A stretch of DNA of 64,000 nt from Chara braunii (lineage: Eukaryota; Plantae; Charophyceae): contig BFEA01000037.1 of assembly GCA_003427395.1 (NCBI GenBank), positions 1,098,804 through 1,162,803 on the forward strand, read 5' to 3'. The translations under genes and the position numbers were made by a program. Every line of letters starts with the position of its first letter. Position 1 is the stretch's first letter. This document shows positions 1 through 12,889 of the stretch, in pieces. A model generated the notes under the pieces. The model was given only the letters and a program-made list of their open reading frames with translations, was not told the origin of the DNA and did not search any database.

Positions 1-179
1 CTACCAACTGCCTACGAATACACAGGTCACAGGTTCAATTCTCGGGGTCTACACAGATACTGTACATGGGTAGGGTGAGGTCTAGGGATCGAACCCTGGG
101 TACTGCATCCGCTACTGCTAAAAGGTGAAAACCGTTTCAGTCTTATGCCTATCTAAACCTGCAACCTTTATCTAATAGT

Positions 180-483
180 AACCAGATTCCAAATCTATCT
201 TACTGAACACATTGCCTGCCTAGATTTTGTCCAACATGTCATCTATGATAGGCAGTGGCTTAACCTTCTTCATTGTGATAGCGTTCAAACCTTTGTTAAT
301 AAATCTATGCATAGCCTCAGTTCCCACCTTTCTTTGGAAAAACAAGACAGGTGTTCGATATGGAGAATTGATAAGGTGTATCCATCCTTTTCCAGTCAGT
401 TCTGGTAATTGATTCTTCAGATTTTCAAGTTCAACAGGGGACATCCTATAGTTGAGACCTTTAGGAGGTGAAGTACCATGCAA
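180..483 (-). pseudogene. pol: Gypsy reverse transcriptase N-terminal fragment
   Basis: ORF 220..483 aligns by eye with the RT at 21040-21330. Confidence 0.85.
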
Positions 484-1622
484 TACATCAATTTACGTGT
501 TGGATGGTTCTCTTTACAATGCCACAATACTCCTTCGTTATCGTTGAGGAACAGGGTTGCTTTCTTTCTCTTCTTATTGTGGTTTTGCTCTCTCAATACA
601 TCTACTTTAAACCTTTTACATTTCTTATTGACACTAATTACTGCTACAAACACATGCTTTTCTGGGCACCATACAATATACTGACATGGGGCTGTGTGGT
701 ACAGAAGGAAAATACAATTTGACCTTCTTCCTGACTTTTAGTGGGAGTGGTTATACTGCAGTCCTTATCATGCATACTTACCACACAATGTGCATCATAG
801 CCTCAATCCTGGCCAAGAATCAAGTCAAAGGGCAATTTCTTTTCCACTAGGAGGGTTGGGAGAAGGGTGACCTTCTCATCCTCAGCCAGAAGTCATAATG
901 TGCCTCCTTGACACACTCATTCATAACAACCGGACACTTGTTCGCGAGTGTACTGACAATCGGCTTATCAAGACTCTGCATGGAATCAGGCATGCCACAT
1001 ACATGTATGTCTACTAATGTAGGATCTGGTGGAGCTAGAATCTACCAATGCTCCTAGAGTCCTACCACCTAGACGATACGAAACAATACCAACTCTCCCT
1101 TCCTCTGACTCATCTCAATCTGTTGAGGGCGATCAACTCCTTTGCTATATTATCTGGTGACAGAGGTAGATAGATCCTGACACTACTGATATCTGGAGAG
1201 CATGCTACATGTGAGACTGGTACAACCAGTGTCGTAGTCTGCTGATGTGGAGGGTCAGATATGGTGGTCGCCATGTTTCTCTCTAAATCATCACATACAT
1301 TAGCATACAGGGTAAAAGGGTTGCACGGTCTGCACCCTCTACCAGTCATTCTCTTCTACCTTTCTGAGGGGGCAAAAGCAAATGTTGTGGCGCTGCTCAC
1401 CACATTTGAAACAAACATCAGTCCTCGTTCTGTATTCATATTTGTCTTTGGAGAGACCTAACCTCTACCAAGGCTCAAGGGCTGGTTGCTGTTGTTGTTG
1501 TCTTCCCCCTCCTCTCCCAGGGCCTCTAGCACCCCCCGACCATGGCCTCCCCTACTGACCGTTGCACTCTCCCCTCCAGAATCCACACTGCTGCTCCCAA
1601 TAGAGCCCTCCTCAGGCTCAAA

Positions 1623-2465
1623 TTAGTCTGATGGGATGATCTTAAACACCCCATCAGAGAGAACCACAAGCAGGTGATATGGGGTCCTCTGTGTATAAGT
1701 AATGCGCTTCCCTTCATGGAAAGCACCCGGCCTAAAGTTTGAGTACTTCAGTTCATCAAATCTTTTGTACTTCAGCAACCATCCCTCTCTCTTCAAAGCC
1801 TCTTCCTTAAACTCCTGGTAGGATACTTGCCCAATGTCATACAATGTGAACATGGTCTGCCTCACAGTCTTAAGCAGACATCGAGCGCGTATCCTCATAG
1901 TTTGCCACTCATCCACACCAAACCCCTCAATCTGCAGGAGGTTGTCCAGCTGTCTTACCAGGGCATCCACAAACCTCCACCAGATTGCATCAAGGTCAGT
2001 GACTTGGTAATACCCGTTTTGGGCTTTGGTCTTATCGCCAAAGTGTGACATGAGCTTGGCAGCCCTCAAGTCAACTCTCTGCGGCTTCCCAACATTCCTC
2101 ACTTCACTCAGCACCAGTCTTTGGCATCTCCACCCAGAAGTTAGTAGCTACCAATGTATGGGCAGGATGATCCACAAAAGAACCTGCAAGGTGGGTGTAA
2201 ATCTCAACAATCCAGGTATCCAAATTATCTTCCTTTCTACCATTGAAGACCTTGGGTTTCAGTAGGCCATATTGTAGGACATGGGGGCTGCACTAGGAGA
2301 GGGTACATGTGGAGGGGATGGAGCTTTGAGACCGCTAGGTCTCGGGCGTCCATTTCCTCCATTACCATTTTCATTGCCACTGGGCTTGCCAATTTCTTTC
2401 TTTTCTTCTTTTTTCTCTTCTTCAACTTCTTTCCCTTTCTTCTGTTCGTTAATTGTTGCAACCAG
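1623..2465 (-). pseudogene. gag: Retrotransposon Gag fragment
   Basis: Charged/Pro-rich N-terminus followed by FNG-x4-LDTW capsid-like motif across frameshifts (ORFs 2259..2471 and 1623..2114). Confidence 0.65.
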
Positions 2466-4620
2466 CCCCACTCATAATTTTGGGCGTATCGATGACATCA
2501 ATTGGCTTCCCGGCTATGAATGGCGAATGGGTTGGCGCTCCAGCCCTGAACGAGCGGATGGCATGGAAGGACAAGCCCACTTCCCGCCTCGGCAGGGTGT
2601 TGGTAATTAATAATGTGGCATTGGCATCCTTATGGTACAAGTCTTTGCTTTGGCCCACGAGTAAAGTAGCCATGAAAGCACCGAGGACCAAGGTTGAGGC
2701 CTTCCTCTGGCGAGGAGACTGCGAAAAAACCAATGTAATCAGCCGCGTAGCATGGGAATCGATCGTGTAGCTGAAAGCTGGGGGGGGGCTCGGGCTGATT
2801 GACCCGGCAATTCAGACAGAAGCATTGCAGCTGCAATGGATTAAGAAGCTGTTGTTCGGTCTGGATTGCCCCTAGGTGGCCCTGGCACAGAACATCTGGC
2901 CCGCTTGGCCCCGACAACCACCCAGGAAGTCCACCCGATGACATGACTAGAGGACCGTTTCTGGGCTATTCTACGACGGCTCCCATCAGGACAGCGAGAC
3001 ACGCAGCAGGGGGAGGAAGGATGTAACCAGCTGCTGGATCACTTCTGGCCATCCCTATTGAGAAACTGGCACAAGCTAACACTTTCGGATAAGCCCCACC
3101 CGAACCGATGGGAAGAAATATGGAGACAACCGCTCTTTTGAAACCGGTGGTTCACAGACTCCCAAGGTTGTGTAAGGAACAGCACCACCGCACCGTGGAA
3201 AAGTTGGGTCAAGACGGGAATACTACGAGTCAGAGACCTGTGCGACAGCAGAGGAAAGATTGGAAGACAGCAGATCAATTAAGAGAGTCCCTTCAATATT
3301 GCCATCATGTTGAACAGCACACTGATGCGATCATCGAGACAATCCCCCTGGCCTAGCATAGAATTCTGCAGCGGGGGCCTACCCTTAGCGAAGGGGACTG
3401 GGTGGCGGTCAGGGGGGACCCTGAACGGGTGGGCCCTATTCATATGGTGGACCCGCGCATGGCCCTGATAGAGTTTTATAGTATTGCTAGGGCCAACAGG
3501 CTACAGGGCAGTCAAGCTCCCTTTGAATGGCAGGACCGAGATGCCTTATACCGAGTTAGGGTCCTAGAGAGTTGGCTTTCGACCCGCTGGAATGGCAGTG
3601 GGTGACCCCCCAAAGGTCAACCCCCCCCCCCCCCCCCCCGAAATGGATTAGTTTACACAGATTGTCAGTAAAGTCTACATACCGAATGTCGAGACTCAAG
3701 CGCAATCTAAGAGATGTGATCATTGACACATGGGCCAAACACCAGCACCTATTAAGTGGTTCCAAGACCGGAAGTCCAAACCGGCCAAGGTCACCTCGCT
3801 GCAGTGGCAAATAGCACACTGCTGTTTGCCAACCAACGATTGGTTGGTAGGCCACACCAACTTGGAACAGAAAGGGCTATCGCCCTGGTGTCTGCGGTGT
3901 CTAGGCATTTTCCAGCCTGCAAGAAGGTCGAAACAATATAACACATTTTCATGCAGCGCCCGGTCACACAGTTCACATGGAGATGCTGGGATCGGGTGTG
4001 AAGGAAAATGGGCATAGAAAGTCCCTGGCCTTGGTCTTGGCAGGCGATTCTGGCGGGACACTGGCCAATGCAGGAGGTAACGACTTTCACAGAGACCATG
4101 TATAGGCTGGGGAGGCGATCGGTACTATGGGCATTATGGTGGCAGTGATGCCTACTGGTTATGGAAAAAGTATGTGTAGAGGGAGCAGAGATCACAGAAC
4201 AAATCCAACAGCAAGTCCAGCTAGAACTGGAGCGCATATGGCTTACACTGAAGCCCCAACTGGACCTTTACCAACAGATCGAGGATGTGAAACGGGCAAT
4301 CACTAACTTCTGTAAGGATTGGTTGGGGGGGGATAGGGGAGGGTGGATAGCAGAAGTGGAATGGAGTAGAGACGACCCAGACAGTAATCAAGTTATGGAA
4401 GGGGCAAGGGATTACAGTCTGGTTTTCACGGACTGGACTCATATCGAACCCTCTTTCCCCCTTCGCCCCCCCTCAGACTTCCCTGATCCTTTCCCACCCC
4501 ATGCCCTCTCCCTAACGGAAGTACTGACATAATAACTATGACCGAATCCCGGTGCCCCCCAGGTAACTCCCATTAATACCTAGCCCGTCTCACTGGAAGT
4601 ACTGACATAAGGACTCAGCT
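2466..4620 (+). mobile_element. 5'-truncated L1/Tx1-like LINE (ORF2 C-terminal part, zf-RVT region), degenerate
   Basis: Peptides SRLGRVLVINNVALASLWY, FLWRG...ISRVAWESIV*LKAGGGLGLID, LQWQIAHCCLPT...WCLRC, ETI-HIF; same family as 33872-35685; 3' boundary approximate. Confidence 0.85.
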
Positions 4621-4861
4621 GAATAAGGAGGGCCACAGAGCAATCGAAATGGCAGGCTGTGGAGATGAGAGACTACAAACAGGGTTCAAGGGATGAGCAG
4701 CTTCTGGCAGGCAAACAAAGGCTAAAAAGTTGTCTACAATGTTCTACAGTAATGGGTTGTTTTTTATGGTTCAAATGACTGGGGGGTAGGGATAGCTGGG
4801 GGAGGGAGGAACTAGGGTGTAAAAGCAGGTATTCGGCGCCTGATATACGGTGGAGAGGTTC

Positions 4862-5083
4862 TGTTACATCTTCGATTCACACGGGTCCTACCGGACCCGA
4901 CTTAGGGCCGGAGGGACACACCAGGGCCTAAAGGCCCGACCTTTTGGGGTTACAGGCCCTAAAGGCCTGATTTTGGGACCANCACCCATCGGGTAGGCCC
5001 AAACGACACTTCGTTTGGGCCTGGCGGCGCTCTTGAAGCTGCCGCCCGCCGATTGAGGCTGAACCGTCCATCTGGACGGTCCA
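4862..5083. repeat. Cluster of short perfect GC-rich hairpins at a contig end (possible element terminus starting TGTTAC)
   Basis: cgggtcc-tacc-ggacccg, gggcc-taaa-ggccc, caggcc-ctaaa-ggcctg, aggcccaaacga-cact-tcgtttgggcct, accgtcca-tc-tggacggt. Confidence 0.7.
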
Positions 5084-5748
5084 NNNNNNNNNNNNNNNNN
5101 NNNNNNNNNNNNNNNNNNNNNNNNNNNNNNNNNNNNNNNNNNNNNNNNNNNNNNNNNNNNNNNNNNNNNNNNNNNNNNNNNNNNNNNNNNNNNNNNNNNN
5201 NNNNNNNNNNNNNNNNNNNNNNNNNNNNNNNNNNNNNNNNNNNNNNNNNNNNNNNNNNNNNNNNNNNNNNNNNNNNNNNNNNNNNNNNNNNNNNNNNNNN
5301 NNNNNNNNNNNNNNNNNNNNNNNNNNNNNNNNNNNNNNNNNNNNNNNNNNNNNNNNNNNNNNNNNNNNNNNNNNNNNNNNNNNNNNNNNNNNNNNNNNNN
5401 NNNNNNNNNNNNNNNNNNNNNNNNNNNNNNNNNNNNNNNNNNNNNNNNNNNNNNNNNNNNNNNNNNNNNNNNNNNNNNNNNNNNNNNNNNNNNNNNNNNN
5501 NNNNNNNNNNNNNNNNNNNNNNNNNNNNNNNNNNNNNNNNNNNNNNNNNNNNNNNNNNNNNNNNNNNNNNNNNNNNNNNNNNNNNNNNNNNNNNNNNNNN
5601 NNNNNNNNNNNNNNNNNNNNNNNNNNNNNNNNNNNNNNNNNNNNNNNNNNNNNNNNNNNNNNNNNNNNNNNNNNNNNNNNNNNNNNNNNNNNNNNNNNNN
5701 NNNNNNNNNNNNNNNNNNNNNNNNNNNNNNNNNNNNNNNNNNNNNNNN
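5084..5748. other. Assembly gap (other gaps at 16212-16931, 24098-24772, 31601-31615, 33302-33479)
   Basis: Runs of N. Confidence 1.
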
Positions 5749-6180
5749 GACCTATCGGTGTGATCTACCTCCTACCTCCTTCGTCTCTCCTCCCACCTTT
5801 CATCTGTGTATGTGTGTACGGGATCTGGGTATCGTCTGTGAATGACCCAGACCCCACCATCTCATGATTGTATGTGTGTGGAGTGATGCCATGTAGGTCA
5901 GTCTATGTGAGTCAGTTCGTTATCAGACTTCCGCTGCATAAATGCTTGTTTTCCTTTAACCTGCTCAGCCAATCCTCAATGCTGGCAGGCGTCTGTCAAA
6001 CCTCTTTCCTTATATCCGCCAATTTCATTCTGTATTGGGTATGGCAGGCGTCTGTCAAACCTCTTTCCAGCAGGGGATGTTCCCCACCAGTAGATGGAGC
6101 CCCCTCCTAGGTGCTAGCGGTGTCTGCTTTTACCACCACCACTAGCACTGTAGGGGTTTTTGTCAAAAAATCATAATAAT

Positions 6181-7210
6181 TGAAAGGCCTTCCACAATTC
6201 AGACCCCAAATTCGGGTCTCAGGGTTAGAGGCCCTGGCCAAGAACGCCGAGTTAGTCAATTTCAGAAAAGTCACAGTCGGGTACCTAAGCAGTCCAGTCC
6301 AACAGGCACCCAACAAACAGTCAAATCTTAGGGGCAAAAGTCACATCTCATAATGAAAAGTAAATATTGAAGAGTCACATCCCACGAGTAAAAGGGCAGT
6401 TCCACAGGCAAGAGTCATGTCTCAAAGGCAGGAGTCACAGTCCTTAGTCAAAACCATATGCTAAAATCGAAAAGTCATGACTCAAAGGCCCAAGCAGCAG
6501 CAGCCCAATGGAAATTCGGGAAGGTTCCAAGCCTTGACATTCGAAAGCAAACAGGCCGTGGGGATGTGGTACCGAAACCCACTCAGGCCCCAAGAAGCAG
6601 AGGCTGGCACGAGTTGGAAGTGCAATCCAAGGACTGGCCAGCCTCCTCATTGGGCAGATAGCTCATTCACATGAAGTGTGGAAGTGCTGGTGCACTTGTG
6701 CGCTATTGTGAGGGGCAGAGCGCTGGAGACAGAGTGCTGCGCTGAGAGAGAGGGAGAGAGAGGAAGAGACAACGCTGGCGGGGAGAAGGCAGCCATAGCT
6801 GCACCAGTGCAGGGTGTTAGTGCTAGTAGTTAGTAGTAGTCTTCAGAAGGGTTAGTAGAGTTGACAGTGGGTGTATTCAGAGTTGGTCCTTGAGTAATAG
6901 AGAGAGTGTGAGTGCATGAAGATAAGGTACAGGGAGGTAGAAGACAGAGAGAAGACCCAGAGAGGAAGAAGAGAGAAGAGCTTAAGGAAAGTTGCATACC
7001 TGAGTGGAGATTCTGGATACTTGGGGTTGCGCTGTCGAGTGCCTGTGACCGAAACTCTTAATTTGTTTATATGATAATTTGTTGGAATTCTAGAGCTGCG
7101 CTACACGGTCTTCATCTCTCTGGCCTCCAGTGTGAATCTCGTGTGATCTCATGAATGCATGTGGTGTGATTGTGTACGCTCACTGGTGTTGAACTAAGAG
7201 GCTCGTTGCA
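6181..7210 (+). repeat. 5' LTR (family A)
   Basis: TG...CA ends; colinear similarity with the LTRs at 26850 and 40358; followed by a PBS. Confidence 0.85.
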
Positions 7211-7213
7211 AAC

Positions 7214-7225
7214 TGGTATCGGAGC
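7214..7225 (+). promoter_or_regulatory. Primer-binding site (tRNA-iMet type)
   Basis: TGGTATCGGAGC 3 nt after the LTR; canonical form is TGGTATCAGAGC. Confidence 0.85.
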
Positions 7226-7528
7226 AGTTGCTCGCTGCACCCACTGGGCATCGCTGGGAATGATTAAGGCCGGTGAGAAGGGAGATATGAACGGAGTTGA
7301 ATGGGGAGAAGACTTATGAGTAGGGGGGGGAAGGTAGGCCGAAGAAGAAGTGGCCTGATTAAGTGGTGATTACGTACCTGCTGCTGCGTTGGAGCGTTGG
7401 AGCGGCCGTGGAACCTCGTCAACCGAGTGAAGTGCATCCCCCCTTAAAACATGTATTGCTTGCTGACTTGTCTTGGTGTTTGGTACCTCCCTCACCCTGG
7501 TGTTGTAGCTGCTGGGCTGGTCTAAGTT

Positions 7529-10465
7529 GTTTTTTTTTTATGTTTTTTTTTTTTTTTTCAGTGCCCAAGGCTGATATTACCAATAAGAAGATTGAGGCCG
7601 GGGTCCTCACAGTCTACCCGGAGTGACCAAACCGAACATGCTGAGAACCGGGCTCAGCGTCCCTCATATAATGATGATGATGATGATGATCATGATCATG
7701 ATGATCTTCGACTGGAAAGCAGTATTGGGCATGAGGTTGCCCATCACAGTATGGTGGACAAACCCCATGCCTGATGCTCATTTCTGATCATCGTCAGGGA
7801 CGACCCCAAGCATGCTTTTTTTTTTTTTTTTTTTTTTTTTTTNNNNNTTTTTTTTTCTCTGGGAACCGGGCCCAGTGACCCTGATGCTACTGATAGAGCT
7901 TATGATGATGATGATGATGATGACGCTAATCTATGCTAGTCCAAGGTAAGCTATGAAATATACCAGCAACACCTGTCCTCTCAATGCATAAGCAACTCTT
8001 AGCCTCCCCTGTATCAGACACAACACTTTCCAAGGCAATATCTACTTAGCCAAAAACCGGCTATAGCTGTCGTGTTCTCCCTGGCAAGACTAAACCCCGG
8101 CCCCTTAGGTTTGTCGTGACAGTCTCCCCCAGTCCACCACTGGATTGCCTTCCTCCCTCGACGAGTCCCCAGATCTCTCTACCAGGCCTCATGCTCCTGC
8201 GACAAACAGGTTACAGGGCTACGCCCCAGCACCGGCCAGCGTCGTTCTGGCATCGGCAAACCAAGAGAAAAAGAACAACACAGCTGTGCCAGGTGTTGGC
8301 CAGGCTTCTACCACGTCTAAAATACTGAGTTTAAACTAGAAAGAAACTAAGATATCGCCAGGAAAGAAAAAACAGATGAAAACTGACACGTCCATAGTGT
8401 TGGTGATTAGTTCGAAACGACGCACGCTTGTCCTGGATCTTTGGAGACAGTGGTCTGTCTCCCAGTCCCGTACATAGCACTAGCAGTTAAGCTTGGAAAA
8501 CTATCGAAGAAATCTCCTCCCCCCCCCTCACCCTCCCCCTTGTCCCAACGCTGCCTCCACCGTAGAGAATCGCCGTGATTGCAGGCATTCTCCATTGGCT
8601 CCAATTCCCACCTAAAGTATGCTTTTGGCAAACCTCTACCCTAATCTGGCCCCGCTAGGATATGATGCTGCATTGTACATCTATCCCAGCCCCAGAATAG
8701 GGCAATCCCCACACTCCGCCCCCACCCCCTTCGGGGCATTCACCCCCCACCTTGTGAAGCCCCTGCAGAGTAGAGCTCTCCCCCTCAACACCCAACCACC
8801 ATCCTCCAAAAGTGAATCATCAGAGCACACTGGAGGAGAAAAAAGAATGTAGGTTCCCTTAGTAAAGAAAAAAGCACTAGGCATTTAGATCTCCAGATTA
8901 AATTCTAGGATGCTAAAATTGAGCGCTGATTAGACAAAGGAAAATATAAATTTCTTGATAATTGATGGAGAGTAGTGGATAGTCAGAGTCCATGAAGATG
9001 ACGGAAAGGAACGAATTACCGTTGGAATTTCCCACCTGAAATTAAGGAGGTGTGAGAAAAAATAAAATAAAAATTGAGAAGTTGAGAACAAATAACTTGG
9101 ATTTTCAGTTTAGTTTTTTAGGTATTTGAAGAAATACCTTATAGATATCTAGGTATTTAAAAAATACCTTTTCAGGCAGTCCAGAGATACATAGATACAG
9201 ATTTCAGATAAATAAGAGAAGATTAATAGGATATATTATTAAGTTGGTGAATCAGTTGATTAATTAGCTGATGACTTGGATGATGAATAGGTTGATTAAT
9301 TAGTTTATGATTTAGATGATGATTGGGTGATGATTAATTGATTAGTTGATAAATATAGGCTATTTACTGATTTTAGAAGACACTGATTAGAATCTGGAAT
9401 TCATAATGGATGGAAATGAAAAACAGAACAGGAAGTTCAATCAAGAAAACGCGAGTTACTCCCCCCCCTTCCTCCCTTTCTCCCAGGAAACCTGTAGAGC
9501 CATCTCTCTCACCCACAACCACTTCCCCTTCACTCCCTCCTTGCTCCCTTCCTTCCACGTCTCCCGCCCTTTCCCACACCCTTCCCCACTACCCCCGCTC
9601 GTTTCCCCATCTCCCCCCATTGCTCCCCAAAAAAAGGAAAGCGGAGCAAAGCAGAGCACCAGAAAGGGAAGTCGAGTCAAAGAGTGAAGAGAGATTAGCG
9701 GACAGAGAAGAAGAAGAGAGGTAATGAGGAGGAGAGTAGAGGGATAAAGCTGGAGGGCATGAGGGAGGAGGAACGTAATCCAAGAAAAAATAGGTGAAAG
9801 AGGGTTGAGAAGAAAAGTGGGAGGTTGCTATTCAACCCTGTTTTGTCAACCTCCCCGCCTCCATTACTCATGCCCGTCTCTGGCACAGATGCTGATGATG
9901 ATGGTTCTTCTTCTTCTTCAAGAGTCAAAGATGACGATGATGATGATGACGATGATGGTAATCATGATGAAGGCGCTGCTGAAAATGCTGATGCAAATGG
10001 CCGTTGATGAAGTACCGCTGTCCTGTCGTCCTCACTCCTCAACCTGCCTTCTTGAAACAGTCTCGCCATAAGCCCGTCACCCACCCCCCTCTCCCACCCT
10101 ACCCCATGTGATCTTCCCCTCCGCCACGCGCGTTTGGTGGAAATCACCGAAACACGAAGATTTCCCCCTAATTTCACATGTCAGCCTGTGACGCCGTGGA
10201 TCACAGCATGGAGCATTCCTCCAGCACCCCCCCTCCCTCTCATGACGTTGGCAGGTTGTCGATAAGCCTACTAGCAGCTCTGCTCACAAGCAGCACCATT
10301 CGCAAGCAGCGCTGCATGCAAGCCATGGCACCGCTCGCAAGCAGCATTGCACCCAGCATGAGCCGTTCGCAAGCAGCATCGCTTGCAGTGTGAGCCGCTC
10401 GCCTCGAACCCGTCATACTCCATTGGCCTTGAGTCTAGCAACCAGTCCGTTCATTTAAAAAAAAA
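7529..10465. other. Unclassified insertion(s) in the 5' UTR of family A copy 1; starts with poly(T) tracts, contains (GAT)n
   Basis: Homology to the family A copy 2 UTR stops at ~7525 and resumes at ~10480; poly(T) suggests minus-strand retroposon tails. Confidence 0.5.
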
Positions 10466-10574
10466 GGTTTTGGGAAGGTATTCGGCAGTCAGCAAAAGTC
10501 AGACCCACTCAGGAGTTGGTGATTAGTATAAGTGGTGAGGAGGTGGAGGCCGCTTACCTGTGCTTTTAGTCATC

Positions 10575-12680
10575 GTGGACGACTACCCCATGTTCTCACT
10601 TCTGGCCCTGTCTGTGCTCTGGGCCCCCCTTCTTCGCTTCATCTTTCCTCTTGGCTTCCAACGTACTTTTTGTTCACATGTGGTGTTAAGGTCTGGGAAG
10701 TCAATACAGGCGAATACAGTTGAGGAGCAGGCCAAGATAGATCGTCGCCTGGCTGAAAAGAAAAAGAACGGGAGGAGAAGAAAAGAAAGGAGGAGAAGGA
10801 AGTGAAGAAAAAACTATTAGAAGAAAAAGAAAATATGGAGAGGGAGATGAAAGAGAAAGAGAAGAAGTTGTTGGAGGAACTGGAAGAAGAAGAAGAAGAA
10901 GAAGAAGAAGAAGAGGGAGAAGGAGGTGAGAGGTTGATAAGGAGAAGAACCCAGCAGACAGAGGAGATGGCTGAAAGCAGCCATGCTGGGGCAATCAGGT
11001 TGTTGCAGATGGAGACAATGAATTGGATGGGACAGTTCGGATATCGGACGGAGATGCCGGAAGAAACCGAGGAGGAGAAAAATGCATTTGTGCTTAAGAT
11101 GGTAGCGGCAGCAGATTAGGAGAGAAGGATTTGTTGATAGAAGAAAAGAGAGCTGACTCAACAACAATTGGGTGGCTGCAAAAAGACGAGTATAATGACA
11201 AGAAGAGGATGAAGGAGGAGGGAGAAAGGTTGCAAGCACTGCTGAAGGAACAAAAGGGTAAGCAAGCTGATACAGACGAATGGTTGGCCCTTCTAACTGA
11301 CACCCTCCTCCATACAAACGAAGAATTAGCTGCCCTCCATCGATCCGTCAGTAAACTAGAGTTCCATTAGGGAGAATTTGAGGGAACATGGAATAATTTC
11401 TTGCGCACAGCCTCTCACCAAGTAGATGACCGAATCTTTGGATATTTAAAGCGGCTAGATGAAGCCCTCACCAAGAAGATAATTGATCCTGTTGTGATAA
11501 GAAAATTAAAGCTTGGTGGGGGGGGAGGAGATGGAGAAGACGGTGGTGATGATGGAGGTAAGAAGGGGAAAGGTCCTAAGAAAGAAGGGGACAGCGAAGC
11601 GGAGGAATCCAGGCAGAAGATGAAAGTGAAGCTGCCATGGACATATAATGGGAAGAAGGAAGAGAGTATCTTCCATTGGGAAGCCCCTATGGATACTTAT
11701 CTGTATGCACAAAAGATTTTGTACTGGGACCACGTTTTAATGGCAAGTTCGTGTATGGCAGGGGATGCCATTAGCTTTGCCATCTCCTTGATGAAAGAGG
11801 TTGGATGCACTACCATGGTTCAGTGTTCGCAACGTACGCATATTGAGGATTTCTTCAGGGCCCTCAAAGAGAGATTTGAAGATAAGAATCTTACCCATAG
11901 AATAGAATCCTTGATCCTCAACATAAGTGACCGTAAGTGGAAGAGTGCGTCAGCCCTCAAGGCCACGATGGATGAACTTTTGCAATGCCCAAATCACGGA
12001 TCGACACCAGCACAGATCCTAAATAACTTTGCTAGAGCGCTCCTAGATCCCCAAAAAACACAACTATATCCCTACACTAAAGAAGAGGGGATGACCTATG
12101 AGAAATTTAGCAAGATCGTGGGAGATCATGCTGGTTTCCTACAGGAGGCACAATACTGCCACTATTGGAAAGACCTGCAAGCAGGAAAGAAGTGGAAAGA
12201 CCGAACAATTTCAGGTAATATAGCAGGCAAGGTTAACTTATTGGTCACCTTCGACGATGGAGGGGTAGAGTCACTTACCTATGACCAAATAGATTATGGG
12301 TTAGAAGAAGACAACAATAGTCACTTAGCCAGGGAGGGGACTATGCGGCTGTTGCAGCCCATGGGGGAGGGCGGCAAGGAGGAAGAGGCCGCAGGAGAGG
12401 AAGAGGAGGCCGCGACCGAGGTGGACGAAGAGGACTCGCCGCCCAGAGGGGTAGTAGGTACTATGTGGGAGGTAGGGGTAATGTTCCCTCCCAAGGGGTA
12501 GAGGCCCCGACTCCACAGGGGGTAGAGGTAGAGGTTATCACGGACAGCCGTATCCAGCTCATGCTAGATGAAAAATTTTGGGAAGAAAGAAGGTTGTCGG
12601 ACAATGTTTCAAATGTGTTGACCCCGACCACATTGTTCCCTTCTGTCCTGAATATAGGTACCCAAAAGGGAACAACCAGT
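10575..12680 (+). pseudogene. gag: Gag (hydrophobic leader, LRSG motif, E/K-rich coiled coil, capsid-like domain, RGG tract, CCHC knuckle)
   Basis: ORFs 10560, 10802, 11131 and 11401; knuckle CFKCVDPDHIVPFC at ~12605-12648. Confidence 0.85.
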
Positions 12681-12889
12681 AGAGGTATCAGTTGCCTCTA
12701 CAAGGATTCTGGATGCAAGCAGACTGTCAACCTCCCATCCTGAGGTCCCAATGGCATTGATTGAGACGTCAAAAGGCCCCCACCTAGTTAACTGTCCAGA
12801 GGTTATTTGTGTTAGGACCTCTCTAGGTGGTTCCCTCGCAAGCATAGGTGATAAACTGATCACTCGTCGCCGCACTTAAGGCGAAATGA

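Larger units (their letters stand above)
170..2465 (-). mobile_element. Degenerate Ty3/Gypsy LTR retrotransposon fragment (gag to N-terminal RT); upstream part interrupted by a LINE
   Basis: Minus-strand Gag-like peptide (KPKVFNGRKEDNLDTWIVEI...GGDAKDW) and RT N-terminus (YRMSPVELENLKNQL...SPYRTPVLF...LPIIDDMLDKI, then FSKIDLESG); many stops and frameshifts. Confidence 0.8.

Noticed and set aside
25-105. Pol III B-box-like motifs in both orientations
   Set aside because: Truncated by the window edge; no A box or cloverleaf can be confirmed
5053-5763. Long ORFs spanning N runs (also 16061-17037, 23947-25124, 32926-33658)
   Set aside because: Artefacts of gaps translated as X
8357-8440. Hammerhead ribozyme (CAGATGA...aact/agtt...CGAAAC...GTC)
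   Set aside because: Core has CAGA instead of CUGA and stem I cannot form next to the core; at best a decayed remnant
9373-10393. Host gene exons in low-complexity ORFs
   Set aside because: Microsatellite-derived D/S/P-rich frames with no recognisable domain or coherent splice structure
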